From Flavobacterium sp. (GTDB lineage Bacteria; Bacteroidota; Bacteroidia; Flavobacteriales; Flavobacteriaceae), in the NCBI RefSeq assembly GCF_043773265.1, contig NZ_JAYVFH010000227.1:2626-66625 (forward strand): a DNA stretch of 64,000 bases, given 5' to 3'. Made by a program: the position numbers and the translations under genes. The notes under the pieces are model-generated. The model had not been told where the DNA came from. It saw only the letters and a list, made by a program, of their open reading frames with translations, and did no database searches. Position 1 is the first letter of the stretch, and every line of letters starts with the position of its first letter. Below, piece after piece: positions 39,034 through 48,944 of this stretch.

Positions 39034-40066
39034 TATTGATCTTCAAGAACCAGAAGAAGAACTTTTTGAACATTATAGATATGAGGTTCCAAAGGGACAA
39101 GCTTTTTTGAGAATTGATAAGTATTTGATGTTATTAGTTCCTAATGCTACTCGAAATAAAATTCAAAATGCGGCAACTAATGGTGATATTTATGTAAATG
39201 ATGTTCCTGTAAAATCTAATTATAAAGTAAAGCCACTTGATGTTGTTAGAATTTTACTTGCGCATCCACCATTTGAAAATCGTGTAGATCCAGAAAACAT
39301 TCCGTTAGATATTGTTTATGAAGATGATGCATTGCTGCTAATAAATAAACCACCAAATTTTGTTGTTCATCCAGGACATGGTAATTATACCGGAACTTTG
39401 GTAAATGCTTTGGCATATCATTTTGAAAATTTACCATTAAATAGTTCAGAACGTCCAGGATTGGTTCATCGAATTGATAAAGATACTTCTGGTTTGTTAG
39501 TTGTTGCCAAAACTGAAATTGCAATGACGCATTTAGCCAAACAATTTGAAGCAAAAACATCTGAAAGAGAATACATTGCACTCGTTTGGGGAAACGTAAA
39601 AGCAGAAGAAGGAACCATTGAAGGCAATATTGCTCGACACGTAAAAGACAGAATGCAAATGGCAGTTTTTGCAGATCCAGAAATTGGAAAACCTGCTATA
39701 ACTCATTATAAAGTATTAGAGCGTTTTGGATATGTAACTCTGATTTCTTGTAAATTAGAAACAGGAAGAACACATCAAATTAGAGTTCATTTAAAACACA
39801 TTGGTCACACTTTGTTTAATGATGAACGTTATGGTGGAAATTTAATATTAAAAGGAACTACGTTTACAAAATATAAGCAATTTATTGATAATTGTTTTAA
39901 AACCTTGCCTCGACAAGCACTTCACGCTAAAACTTTAGGTTTTATTCATCCAACAACTGGAAAAATGATGCGTTTTGAAACAGAATTGCCTCAAGACATG
40001 AAAGATTGTATTGAGAAATGGAGAAATTATTCTAAGTCAAATATGTCAGAGGAAGAAGATAATTAA
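39023..40066 (+). CDS. rluD: RluA/RluD family pseudouridine synthase
   Basis: S4 domain (RIDKYL), HRIDKDTSG, ETGRTHQIRVH, ALHA. Confidence 0.9.
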   Translation: MQNNIDLQEPEEELFEHYRYEVPKGQAFLRIDKYLMLLVPNATRNKIQNAATNGDIYVNDVPVKSNYKVKPLDVVRILLAHPPFENRVDPENIPLDIVYEDDALLLINKPPNFVVHPGHGNYTGTLVNALAYHFENLPLNSSERPGLVHRIDKDTSGLLVVAKTEIAMTHLAKQFEAKTSEREYIALVWGNVKAEEGTIEGNIARHVKDRMQMAVFADPEIGKPAITHYKVLERFGYVTLISCKLETGRTHQIRVHLKHIGHTLFNDERYGGNLILKGTTFTKYKQFIDNCFKTLPRQALHAKTLGFIHPTTGKMMRFETELPQDMKDCIEKWRNYSKSNMSEEEDN

Positions 40067-40079
40067 TAGAATTTTTTTT

Positions 40080-40859
40080 CTATTTTATTGCTTCATCAAA
40101 CTTTTGACTGACCTTTTTCCAATTTATGCAATTAAAAAAATTTGATATGTATTTTTTTCTATTGCTTTGATAACTCAAATAATATGCATGTTCCCAAACA
40201 TCAATTGCTAAAATTGGTGTTCCAGAAACTATTTGCTTTGGCATCAACGGATTGTCTTGATTTGGTGTACTTGTTATTTGTAATTTTCCGGTTTTGTCAA
40301 CTACCAACCAAGTCCAACCAGAGCCAAATTGTTTAGTCGCAGCATCAGAAAACTGAGTTTTAAAACTTTCAAACGAACCAAAATCTCTAGCAATTCTTGC
40401 AGCTAATGAGTCTATAGGTTTAGCATCACCTTTTGGCGTTAATATTTCAAAATACAAACTATGGTTGTAATATCCGCCAAGATTATTTCTCATATTGGCA
40501 TCACTCATATCTAGTTTCTTGTGTAATTCCTCAATTGTTAAACTCTCTTTCTCTGTTCCGGCTAAAGTTTTATTTAAATTGTTAGTATGCGTTAAATAAT
40601 GTCTAGAATAATGAATTTCCATAGTAACGGCATCAATATTTGGAGAAAAATCATCATATTTGTATGGCAATTTTACCAATTCGAAAGCTCCTTTTTGAGC
40701 AACAACATCTTCTGGAGTTCCAAGAGTCATTTTTTCCTCTTTAGAAGGAAGTGGAACTTCTACAACTTCTATAAGTTTCTTTTTATTACAAGAAATAATT
40801 GATATAATAAAAAAAATACTTAAAACTAATAAAGCAGTTTTCTTGAATGAAATATACAT
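40080..40859 (-). CDS. Fe/Mn superoxide dismutase with lipoprotein signal
   Basis: LPY, IHYSRH, NHSLYF, FGSGW, DVWEHAYY; lipobox IISC; probable start 40859. Confidence 0.93.
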   Translation of the reverse strand: MYISFKKTALLVLSIFFIISIISCNKKKLIEVVEVPLPSKEEKMTLGTPEDVVAQKGAFELVKLPYKYDDFSPNIDAVTMEIHYSRHYLTHTNNLNKTLAGTEKESLTIEELHKKLDMSDANMRNNLGGYYNHSLYFEILTPKGDAKPIDSLAARIARDFGSFESFKTQFSDAATKQFGSGWTWLVVDKTGKLQITSTPNQDNPLMPKQIVSGTPILAIDVWEHAYYLSYQSNRKKYISNFFNCINWKKVSQKFDEAIK

Positions 40860-40893
40860 AACAGAATTTTTTTTATTGAATGAAAACAATTTT

Positions 40894-41157
40894 TTAAACA
40901 AGAGAATTTATTAAATTTATATATTCTTCTTTAGCTTGTTCAATAGAAAAATGACTTATTTGCATCCATGCATTCATTTTAAAAGCATTTCTTAAATCAT
41001 ATTCTGGTGATATTCTTCTATCGATTGTTCCCATTGTTGCTTGCTTGTATAATGCATACAATCTTAGTTGCACATCTTGGGGCAACGATGCTTGAGTCAT
41101 TTCATTGGCTTTTTCTACAGCATCTTCAAATCGAATATCTATTTCGTTTTCTTGCAT
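40894..41157 (-). CDS. Acyl-CoA-binding protein
   Basis: LRLYALYKQATMG, FKMNAW, AKEEYI. Confidence 0.88.
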   Translation of the reverse strand: MQENEIDIRFEDAVEKANEMTQASLPQDVQLRLYALYKQATMGTIDRRISPEYDLRNAFKMNAWMQISHFSIEQAKEEYINLINSLV

Positions 41158-41808
41158 TTATTTAGTTGCAATAATGGTACGATTTCCTATTGCAGTTTGA
41201 TTCAATTTAACATTAATAGTTGTTCCTAACGGAAAATAAATATCAACTCTAGAGCCAAATTTTATAAATCCAGCATCATCACCTTGACGAACTTGCATTC
41301 CTTCTTCGGCATAATTTATTATTCTTTTTGCCAATGCACCAGCTATTTGTCGGTACATAATTTCGCCAAAAATTCTATTTTCAATTACTATCGTTGTTCT
41401 TTCGTTTTCGGTACTTGCTTTTGGATGCCAAGCAACAAGGTATTTTCCTGGATGGTATTTACTATATTTCACTTTTCCCGATGTTGCATATCTTGTAACA
41501 TGAACATTTATTGGCGACATAAAAATTGACACTTGAATTCTTTTATCTTTGAAATATTCTGGTTCAAACACTTCTTCAATTACTACTACTTTTCCATCAA
41601 CTGGAGCAACAATTGTGTAATCATCAACTTCTAAATGTCTGTTTGGATTTCTAAAAAATTGTAAAACGGTTATCAATAACAATAATAATAGTATTTGAAC
41701 AGTTTTTAAAATCCAAAAATTTGAAATTAAAACCGGAGATAACAACAATAAAATTACAAAAGTTAATGTTGAAATTAAAATAATTTTCGCGCCTTCTTTA
41801 TGAAACAT
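41158..41808 (-). CDS. psd: Phosphatidylserine decarboxylase proenzyme
   Basis: FFRNP, APVDG, IFMSPINVH, FIKFGSRVD; start 41808. Confidence 0.94.
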   Translation of the reverse strand: MFHKEGAKIILISTLTFVILLLLSPVLISNFWILKTVQILLLLLLITVLQFFRNPNRHLEVDDYTIVAPVDGKVVVIEEVFEPEYFKDKRIQVSIFMSPINVHVTRYATSGKVKYSKYHPGKYLVAWHPKASTENERTTIVIENRIFGEIMYRQIAGALAKRIINYAEEGMQVRQGDDAGFIKFGSRVDIYFPLGTTINVKLNQTAIGNRTIIATK

Positions 41809-42604
41809 AATATAAAATTTGATAAAATAAAAATACAAATGGTGCTACAAATATAACACTATCTAGTCGATCTAAAATGCCTCCATGACCAGGCATTATT
41901 TTTCCGCTGTCTTTTACGCCAGCCATTCTTTTAAATTTAGATTCAATTAAATCGCCTAAAGTGCCAAAAACACTAACTATTAGCGCAATAATTATCCAAA
42001 TATAAGTTGCCGAAGCACCAATATAATATTTTGAAATTAATACACTTGCAAGTACACAAAAGAGTAATCCACCAAAGAATCCTTCAATTGTTTTTTTAGG
42101 TGATATTTTTTCTAAAAGTTTGTGTTTTCCTATTGATTTCCCAACAATATAAGCAAATGTATCATTAGTCCAAATTAGAATAAAAATACTTATAATAATT
42201 TTCGGATTATATCCTTTTATTCCAAAAGGTATTTTTATTAAAAGTAGAAACGGAATAATAACGTAACCTATTAGATAAATATATTTAGAAATGCCATCTA
42301 TTTTTTCTTTCTTAGTATTAAAGAGAAGCAATAAAGCTTTGATGCTAACAAACAAACTTGCAATTAACAATAAAATATCGTTAGTTTTATTGGTTTTATA
42401 TTGCGTTCCAAAATAAAAAGCCAATCCGCCAAGAAGTATTGGAAGGATTTTTTCTAGGTTGATTAATTCACAAAACTCATATATTGTTATGAGTAAGAAA
42501 ACTCCAAATAGTATAAAAAAACTATTGGTAGAGTAGGTTGTAGCCAACAATAAAAGTGCTACATAAACTACACCAGAAAGTAATCTCGTTAGAGTTTCGT
42601 TCAT
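41798..42604 (-). CDS. cdsA: Phosphatidate cytidylyltransferase
   Basis: SPKKTIEG, GDLIESKFKR..GVKDSG..MPGHGGILDRLDS. Confidence 0.96.
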   Translation of the reverse strand: MNETLTRLLSGVVYVALLLLATTYSTNSFFILFGVFLLITIYEFCELINLEKILPILLGGLAFYFGTQYKTNKTNDILLLIASLFVSIKALLLLFNTKKEKIDGISKYIYLIGYVIIPFLLLIKIPFGIKGYNPKIIISIFILIWTNDTFAYIVGKSIGKHKLLEKISPKKTIEGFFGGLLFCVLASVLISKYYIGASATYIWIIIALIVSVFGTLGDLIESKFKRMAGVKDSGKIMPGHGGILDRLDSVIFVAPFVFLFYQILYYVS

Positions 42605-42605
42605 T

Positions 42606-43205
42606 TTACAAATCTTCTAGGAGAAGTAAATATAGGTTTTTTGCACTACTACCATAGGTTAAGAAGTCTTCATCTTGAACTTTTTCAAAATATTTTATGG
42701 TAGTAATATTTGTGGGATAATCTTTATCATATTTTTTCTTAATTACACGCAAGCCATCGCTTTTAGTTTCTAAAATTTGACTTGTTGTTGCTAGAATTAC
42801 AATATTATCTGGAAGTTCATTTGGTTTATTTTGTTTAATTTGATTGGATGAAAATAAAATAGAACCTTCATCTGCGATTAAATTTTCGCAACTTGCAAAT
42901 AAAAATTTAGGTTTGTTTTGACTATTATAATTCAATTTATTTTCTTCTAATAAATTAAATAGTTTTGGTTCATAACACATAACATCACTTTCAAACCAAT
43001 CGTTTTCTTCTAGTATATTTTCAAATTGTTCTTTAACTTCTGAAATATTTTCACAATAAATAAATTTACCTCCATTTTTTTTAAAATTAAAAGTAAACAA
43101 TTCATCCACCGGAAGTGAAGAAGGATTAGGAGCGTTATATTCGCTTTGGTTTTCCTCTTTGGAAGCATCATTGCCAGAACCAAATATTTTTCTAAAAAGA
43201 CTCAT
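42606..43205 (-). CDS. LUD (lactate utilization B/C) domain protein
   Basis: F...GGKF..CE, CENLIADEGSIL, LP...VI; located between ftsH and cdsA. Confidence 0.7.
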   Translation of the reverse strand: MSLFRKIFGSGNDASKEENQSEYNAPNPSSLPVDELFTFNFKKNGGKFIYCENISEVKEQFENILEENDWFESDVMCYEPKLFNLLEENKLNYNSQNKPKFLFASCENLIADEGSILFSSNQIKQNKPNELPDNIVILATTSQILETKSDGLRVIKKKYDKDYPTNITTIKYFEKVQDEDFLTYGSSAKNLYLLLLEDL

Positions 43206-43256
43206 ATTTTATAATAGTATTCGTATTGTATTACTTGAAAACCTTCAAAGATAAAA

Positions 43257-43294
43257 AAATCTTAATTCAAATTGCTTTTTTGAATTAAGATTTT
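43257..43294 (-). terminator. ftsH terminator
   Basis: AAAATCTTAATTCA...TGAATTAAGATTTT. Confidence 0.7.
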
Positions 43295-43320
43295 TAATAC
43301 TTTATATTATAATTGATTTT

Positions 43321-45249
43321 TTAAACCGTTAAGTCGGCTAAATCTTCATTTTCTTTATGATATGGTCTTTTACCGAAAATTGTTTCTAAATCGTCTTTAA
43401 ATATGACTTCTTTTTCTATAAGTATGTCAGCAAGTTGTAACAATTTATCTTTATTTTCTTTTAATATTTCAATAGCTCTTTGATATTGGCCTTCTATTAA
43501 AATTGAAATTTCTTTATCAATTGTTATTGCTGTTTCTTCAGAATAGGGTTTGTTAAAATTATATTCATTTTGTCCAGATGAATCATAATAAGTAATATTA
43601 CCTAGTTTTTCATTCAAACCATAAATAGTAACCATAGCACGAGCTTGTTTGTTTACTTTTTCTAAATCGGATAATGCACCTGTAGAAATTGTATCAAAAA
43701 CTACTTTTTCGGCAGCTCTTCCGCCCATTGTTGCACACATTTCATCTAGCATTTGGTCTGGACGAACTATTAATCTTTCTTCTGGTAAATACCATGCAGC
43801 GCCAAGACTTTGACCTCTTGGTACGATTGTAACTTTAATAAGTGGTGCAGCGTGTTCTAACATCCAGCTTACTGTCGCATGTCCAGCTTCGTGAACTGCA
43901 ATAGCTCTTTTTTCGGCTGGTGTTACAATTTTATTTTTCTTTTCTAATCCGCCAACGATTCTATCAACGGCATCAAGAAAATCTTGTTTGTCTACAGCAG
44001 TTTTATTATTTCTTGCTGCAATTAGTGCTGCTTCGTTACATACATTTGCAATATCTGCACCAGAAAAACCAGGAGTTTGTTTGGCTAGAAAATCGGTATC
44101 CAAACCTTCAACTTTTTTTAATGGAGTCAAGTGAACTTCAAAAATTTCTTTTCGCTCTCTAATATCTGGTAAGTCTACATAAATTTGTCTATCAAAACGA
44201 CCAGCACGCATTAACGCTTTATCTAAAACATCAGCTCTGTTGGTTGCTGCAATTACAATTACATGAGTATTTGTACCAAAACCATCCATTTCTGTTAGCA
44301 ATTGGTTTAGGGTGTTTTCGCGTTCATCATTTCCGCCAGACATGCTGTTTTTTCCTCTTGCACGACCAACAGCATCAATTTCATCTATAAAAATAATTGC
44401 TGGAGATTTTTCTTTGGCTTGTTTAAATAAATCTCTAACACGAGATGCGCCAACACCAACAAACATTTCAACAAAATCTGAACCAGACAATGAAAAGAAA
44501 GGAACTTTAGCTTCGCCAGCAACAGCTTTTGCAAGTAAAGTTTTTCCTGTTCCTGGAGGACCAACTAGTAAAGCACCTTTAGGAATTTTACCACCAAGTA
44601 CTGTGTATTTTTCAGGATTTTTTAGAAATTCTACAATTTCTTGCACTTCTTCTTTTGCACCTTCAAGTCCGGCAACGTCTTTAAATGTAGTTTTTACTTC
44701 GGATTTTTCATCAAAAAGTTTTGCTCTCGATTTCCCAATATTGAATAATTGTCCGCCACCAGCACCACCAGCACCACCAGACATTTTTCGCATAATAAAA
44801 ATCCAAACACCAATAATTAATATAAATGGTAATAGAGAACTAATAATTTCTATCCATTCACTTTTTGGTTGAAAATCGTAACTTTTAATTTTGTTTTGCT
44901 CAAGAGCAGTATCTAATTTTTTTTGAAAAAGTTCACTGTTTCCTGTTTCAAAAGTATAATGTGGTCCTTTGTTAGGGTTTCCAAAAACATCTTTAGCAAT
45001 TTTTTTATTGACTTTGTCTTTTAATGCGTTTGCAGTTAAGTATGCTTCTGCTTTAACATTATTAAAAATTATAACTTTATCAATTTGACCATTATTTAAT
45101 AATTCATTAAATTTAGCTGTGGTAATTTTTGATGGATCTTGCAAACTAGAACCATTTAAAATGTTTAAAACAATAAACATTAGAATAATTCCACCCGAAA
45201 TCCACCATGGACTAAATTTTAATCCGCTTGGTTTTTTGTTTTCTGACAT
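43321..45249 (-). CDS. ftsH: ATP-dependent zinc metalloprotease FtsH
   Basis: Two TMs, [12 protein letters not shown], second region of homology, HEAGH. Confidence 0.98.
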   Translation of the reverse strand: MSENKKPSGLKFSPWWISGGIILMFIVLNILNGSSLQDPSKITTAKFNELLNNGQIDKVIIFNNVKAEAYLTANALKDKVNKKIAKDVFGNPNKGPHYTFETGNSELFQKKLDTALEQNKIKSYDFQPKSEWIEIISSLLPFILIIGVWIFIMRKMSGGAGGAGGGQLFNIGKSRAKLFDEKSEVKTTFKDVAGLEGAKEEVQEIVEFLKNPEKYTVLGGKIPKGALLVGPPGTGKTLLAKAVAGEAKVPFFSLSGSDFVEMFVGVGASRVRDLFKQAKEKSPAIIFIDEIDAVGRARGKNSMSGGNDERENTLNQLLTEMDGFGTNTHVIVIAATNRADVLDKALMRAGRFDRQIYVDLPDIRERKEIFEVHLTPLKKVEGLDTDFLAKQTPGFSGADIANVCNEAALIAARNNKTAVDKQDFLDAVDRIVGGLEKKNKIVTPAEKRAIAVHEAGHATVSWMLEHAAPLIKVTIVPRGQSLGAAWYLPEERLIVRPDQMLDEMCATMGGRAAEKVVFDTISTGALSDLEKVNKQARAMVTIYGLNEKLGNITYYDSSGQNEYNFNKPYSEETAITIDKEISILIEGQYQRAIEILKENKDKLLQLADILIEKEVIFKDDLETIFGKRPYHKENEDLADLTV

Positions 45250-45264
45250 TATTTTATTGTGCTT

Positions 45265-45636
45265 TTAGTATTTATTTTCTAAAGTTGTTATTTTGGCATC
45301 ACCCCAAAGACCTTCAATATTGTAGTATTCGCGAATTTCTTTTTGAAAAACGTGCACTACAATATTTACATAATCCATTAAAACCCATTCTGCGTTATCT
45401 GAACCTTCTGTATGCCAAGGTTTGTCTTTTAGTTCTTTTGAAACCATTTTTTGTACCGAGTTTACAATTGCATTAACTTGTGTATTTGATGATCCATTAC
45501 AGATAACAAAATAATCACAAACAGCTGTTTCTATTGCTCTTAAATCTAGAATTTCAATATCATTTCCTTTAACTTCTTCAATTCCTTTTATGATGCTTGT
45601 TAATAAAACATCGGTACTTGTTGTATTTTTTGCCAT
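45265..45636 (-). CDS. rsfS: Ribosome silencing factor
   Basis: DYFVICNG, WVLMDY, VHVF, REYYNIEGLW. Confidence 0.95.
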   Translation of the reverse strand: MAKNTTSTDVLLTSIIKGIEEVKGNDIEILDLRAIETAVCDYFVICNGSSNTQVNAIVNSVQKMVSKELKDKPWHTEGSDNAEWVLMDYVNIVVHVFQKEIREYYNIEGLWGDAKITTLENKY

Positions 45637-45731
45637 TTAAAATTTTATATAATTTGCAAAGGTATCATTTTTTGTCATTATTTTTGATGCTTAACATAAG
45701 TTTAAATACTGTTTTACAAAAATAATTACCA

Positions 45732-46463
45732 ATGAAGATAATCAAACTCAGTGCCATAGATTCTACAAATGATTTTTTGAAAGATTTATCTAAGAATGAA
45801 GCGTTAGAAAATTTTACTATTGTAGTTGCACAAGAGCAAACTAAAGGTAGAGGTCAAATGGGTTCTAGTTGGAGTTCTGAAATAGGTAAGAATTTAATAA
45901 TGAGTGTTTTGATTAAGAATGTTTTAGTTGATATTACTGAGATATTTCATTTGAATGTTGCAATTTCATGTGCAATAATTAAGGTTTTAAATGAAATTGA
46001 TGTTCCTAAATTGAGTATAAAATGGCCTAACGACATTATGTCAGAACAAAATAAAATTGCAGGAATTTTAATTGAAAACAGTATTAAATCTGATAATACA
46101 ATTGAATCTATTGTTGGGATTGGTTTTAATGTAAATCAAAAAAATTTTGAAAACCTGCCAAATGCTTCTTCAATTTCTACTATTATGAAGAAAGATTTTG
46201 ATTTAGATGATTTAATGCATAAAATTATTATTCAGATAAAGAAAAATTGTGGTTTAATTTTATCCAAACAAACTTCTGTTTTATGGCAAGATTATCATTT
46301 TAATTTATTCAAGATTGGAGTACCAACTGCTTTTGAAAATGTAAATAAAATTCAATTTATGGGAATAATTCAAAAGGTTAACAATGACGGATTACTTCAA
46401 GTTATTTTAGAAGATGATACTATTGTTGTTTTTGGAATAAAAGAAGTTAAGATGTTGTATTAA
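45732..46463 (+). CDS. birA: Biotin--[acetyl-CoA carboxylase] ligase (no HTH)
   Basis: IDSTN, QTKGRGQ, KWPND, KIAGILIE, GIGFNVN. Confidence 0.94.
   Translation: MKIIKLSAIDSTNDFLKDLSKNEALENFTIVVAQEQTKGRGQMGSSWSSEIGKNLIMSVLIKNVLVDITEIFHLNVAISCAIIKVLNEIDVPKLSIKWPNDIMSEQNKIAGILIENSIKSDNTIESIVGIGFNVNQKNFENLPNASSISTIMKKDFDLDDLMHKIIIQIKKNCGLILSKQTSVLWQDYHFNLFKIGVPTAFENVNKIQFMGIIQKVNNDGLLQVILEDDTIVVFGIKEVKMLY
45741..45756 (-). promoter_or_regulatory. Putative sigma54 -24/-12 promoter for rsfS-ftsH inside birA
   Basis: Minus strand TGGCAC-TGAGT-TTGAT. Confidence 0.45.
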
Positions 46464-46470
46464 AAAAAAA

Positions 46471-46495
46471 AAACTTCCGACGAAATCGGAAGTTT
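46471..46495. terminator. Bidirectional intrinsic terminator
   Basis: AAACTTCCGA-cgaaa-TCGGAAGTTT. Confidence 0.85.
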
Positions 46496-46500
46496 AAGTA

Positions 46501-47586
46501 TTAGTTTATGATAACTTTCTTGGTAATAGATTGACTTTGGGAATTTAGTTTTAGGAAATAAAATCCTTGAGGTAAATTTTCTAAAGTATAAGAGTTATTG
46601 TTAAAAATTGGTTTGTTAACTTCCATAATTAATTGTCCGTTGATGCTTATTAATTGAATTTCATCAATTTGAACTGGACTTTCAATATTAATTTTATGCT
46701 CATTTGTTGGGTTAGGATAAACCACAACATTATCAATAGCTTCAAATGATTCAGAGTTTAGTAAACTTCCCCAAATTTGCATTGCATATTCTGGATGATC
46801 AATAAAAGGATTTCTATTTCCTTGTCGTGCATTTACTCCAATTGCATTGTTTCTAGCAATTTCTCTATTACTTACTGGATCATTGTTATGCCAAGTTAAA
46901 AGTACATTTATAGCAGTTAATGTAAAAACTTGGTCAGAAGTACCATTAAACATTGTAAATGTAAATGATGTAACTAAATCTTCATATCGTGTTGCAAAAT
47001 ACAATAACATTCTTGCAATATCACCTTTAAACTCATCGATGGGTTCAAAAACTGTTCCTGTATATCCTGCAGAATATCCTGAATTTAAATTTGGACCTCT
47101 TTTAGTTCCGTTGGAATAAATATTACTAGCTACGTTTACTTTTCCAAAAGGCAAATCTCCTCTTTGAGCATTCACATATTTATCTGATGGTACAACAAAG
47201 TGTGCATCAGAATACATTGGAGTTAAAGAACCAAATGCTGATTGTGGAATTAAATGTTCTCTATTGTATTTTTGACATTCGGCTGTTCCTCCAGTTCCAT
47301 CGTCTTGATTTGTACCATAAGTGAAAGAACATTCTGGTCCAGTTGGGTTTTCAGTATACATGTCTAATAAAGTTCCATCATTTTCATAATAAAAATCTTT
47401 ATCAGATGTTAAATAAGTTGTGTATAAACCAGAATAACCTCTGTCTGTGTGACCATTAATTATATTAAACAATTGAGTTTTTAGTGTGTATCCAGTTCCT
47501 GTAGCAGTATTGTAATATCCAGCAGGAATTTGTCCAAAAGAAATTGTAGCAATTAATAATAATAGTATAGATGTAATTTTTTTCAT
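46501..47586 (-). CDS. Endonuclease I family extracellular nuclease with T9SS type-A CTD
   Basis: NREHLIPQS, DAHF, KGDIAR, GNRNPFIDHP; YPNP...GFYFLK...KKVII. Confidence 0.9.
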   Translation of the reverse strand: MKKITSILLLLIATISFGQIPAGYYNTATGTGYTLKTQLFNIINGHTDRGYSGLYTTYLTSDKDFYYENDGTLLDMYTENPTGPECSFTYGTNQDDGTGGTAECQKYNREHLIPQSAFGSLTPMYSDAHFVVPSDKYVNAQRGDLPFGKVNVASNIYSNGTKRGPNLNSGYSAGYTGTVFEPIDEFKGDIARMLLYFATRYEDLVTSFTFTMFNGTSDQVFTLTAINVLLTWHNNDPVSNREIARNNAIGVNARQGNRNPFIDHPEYAMQIWGSLLNSESFEAIDNVVVYPNPTNEHKINIESPVQIDEIQLISINGQLIMEVNKPIFNNNSYTLENLPQGFYFLKLNSQSQSITKKVIIN

Positions 47587-47592
47587 AATAAT

Positions 47593-48807
47593 TTATAATT
47601 TTCTTTCTAGTAAAGCCATATAAAATCCATCAAAACCACTTTCGGAAGCTAATACTTTAGAATCTTTTACAAATGTAAAGCTTTTTCCAATATCGGTTGT
47701 TAAGAAGTGTTTAATTTGCTCTTGATTTTCTGATGGTAGAACTGAGCATGTTGCATAAACTAATTTTCCGCCAGGTTTTACAATTTTAGAATAATTTTCT
47801 AAAACTTCGGCTTGTATTTTTTTAATATTATCAATAAATTCAGGTTGCAATTTCCATTTAGCATCTGGATTTCTTTTTAAAACACCTAATCCGCTGCATG
47901 GTGCATCAATAAGAACTCTGTCTGCTTTTTCATGTAATTTTTTGATGACTTTTGTAGTGTTAATTATTCTATATTCAATATTAAAAGCTCCATTTCTTTT
48001 AGCTCTTAATTTTAATTGTTTTAATTTACTTTCATACAAATCCATTGCAATTAATTGACCTTTATTTTCCATTAAAGATGCCATGTGCAATGTTTTTCCG
48101 CCAGCACCAGCACAAGTGTCAACAACTCTCATTCCTGGTTGAACATCTAAAAATCTTGCAACTAATTGAGATGAAGCATCTTGAACTTCAAAAAAACCTT
48201 CTTTAAAAGCATCTGTAAGAAAAACATTGGCTCTTTCTGTCAAAACCAAAGCATCAGGTTGCTCTTTTAAAAATTCGGTTTCAATGTTTAAATCCATTAA
48301 AATTGCACGAAGTTTTTCTTTAGTAGTTTTTAAGGTATTTACTCTAAGAATAACTTTGGCTTGTTGGTTTTGAGCTGCTATTTCTTTTGTCCAAAGCGCT
48401 TCTCCAAGTTCTTTTACACCAAGTTCGTCCATCCAATCTGGAATAGATTCGCGCATTTTTCTAATTTTTGACAACTCATCAAATTTTCCTTTTATTTTTC
48501 TTTCTGGAGTTCCTTCAAGTTGTCTCCAATCTGGAATAGGATATCCGCGTAAAACTGCCCAAGTTGCAAACATTCTCCATAAATCTTCACGATTAAATGG
48601 TTCTTTAACGTCAGCAATTTCTGCATATAATCGTTTCCAACGAACAACTTCGTATATGGTTTCGGCAACAAATTTTCTGTCGGAACTTCCCCAACGTTTG
48701 TCTTTTTTTAGTGCTCTTGCAACTACTTTATCTGCATATTCACCTTCGTTAAATATTGCATTTAGCGAATCGATTGTAGTGTAAACTAAATTTCGGTGTA
48801 ATCTCAT
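47593..48807 (-). CDS. RsmB/NOP family RNA m5C methyltransferase
   Basis: QDASSQ, DTCAGAGGKT, DAPCSG, YATCS, DGFY. Confidence 0.93.
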   Translation of the reverse strand: MRLHRNLVYTTIDSLNAIFNEGEYADKVVARALKKDKRWGSSDRKFVAETIYEVVRWKRLYAEIADVKEPFNREDLWRMFATWAVLRGYPIPDWRQLEGTPERKIKGKFDELSKIRKMRESIPDWMDELGVKELGEALWTKEIAAQNQQAKVILRVNTLKTTKEKLRAILMDLNIETEFLKEQPDALVLTERANVFLTDAFKEGFFEVQDASSQLVARFLDVQPGMRVVDTCAGAGGKTLHMASLMENKGQLIAMDLYESKLKQLKLRAKRNGAFNIEYRIINTTKVIKKLHEKADRVLIDAPCSGLGVLKRNPDAKWKLQPEFIDNIKKIQAEVLENYSKIVKPGGKLVYATCSVLPSENQEQIKHFLTTDIGKSFTFVKDSKVLASESGFDGFYMALLERKL

Positions 48808-48944
48808 TGTTTTAAAAAATCAGCGTGCAAAGGTATTGCTTTTTTATGTTGCATTAACGAAGTTTTAATTTTGTTTATAATTAATTGATGTTAAAATATT
48901 TAAATAGTTTTTTGTTATATTTGAATTATATTATATTAATTAGC

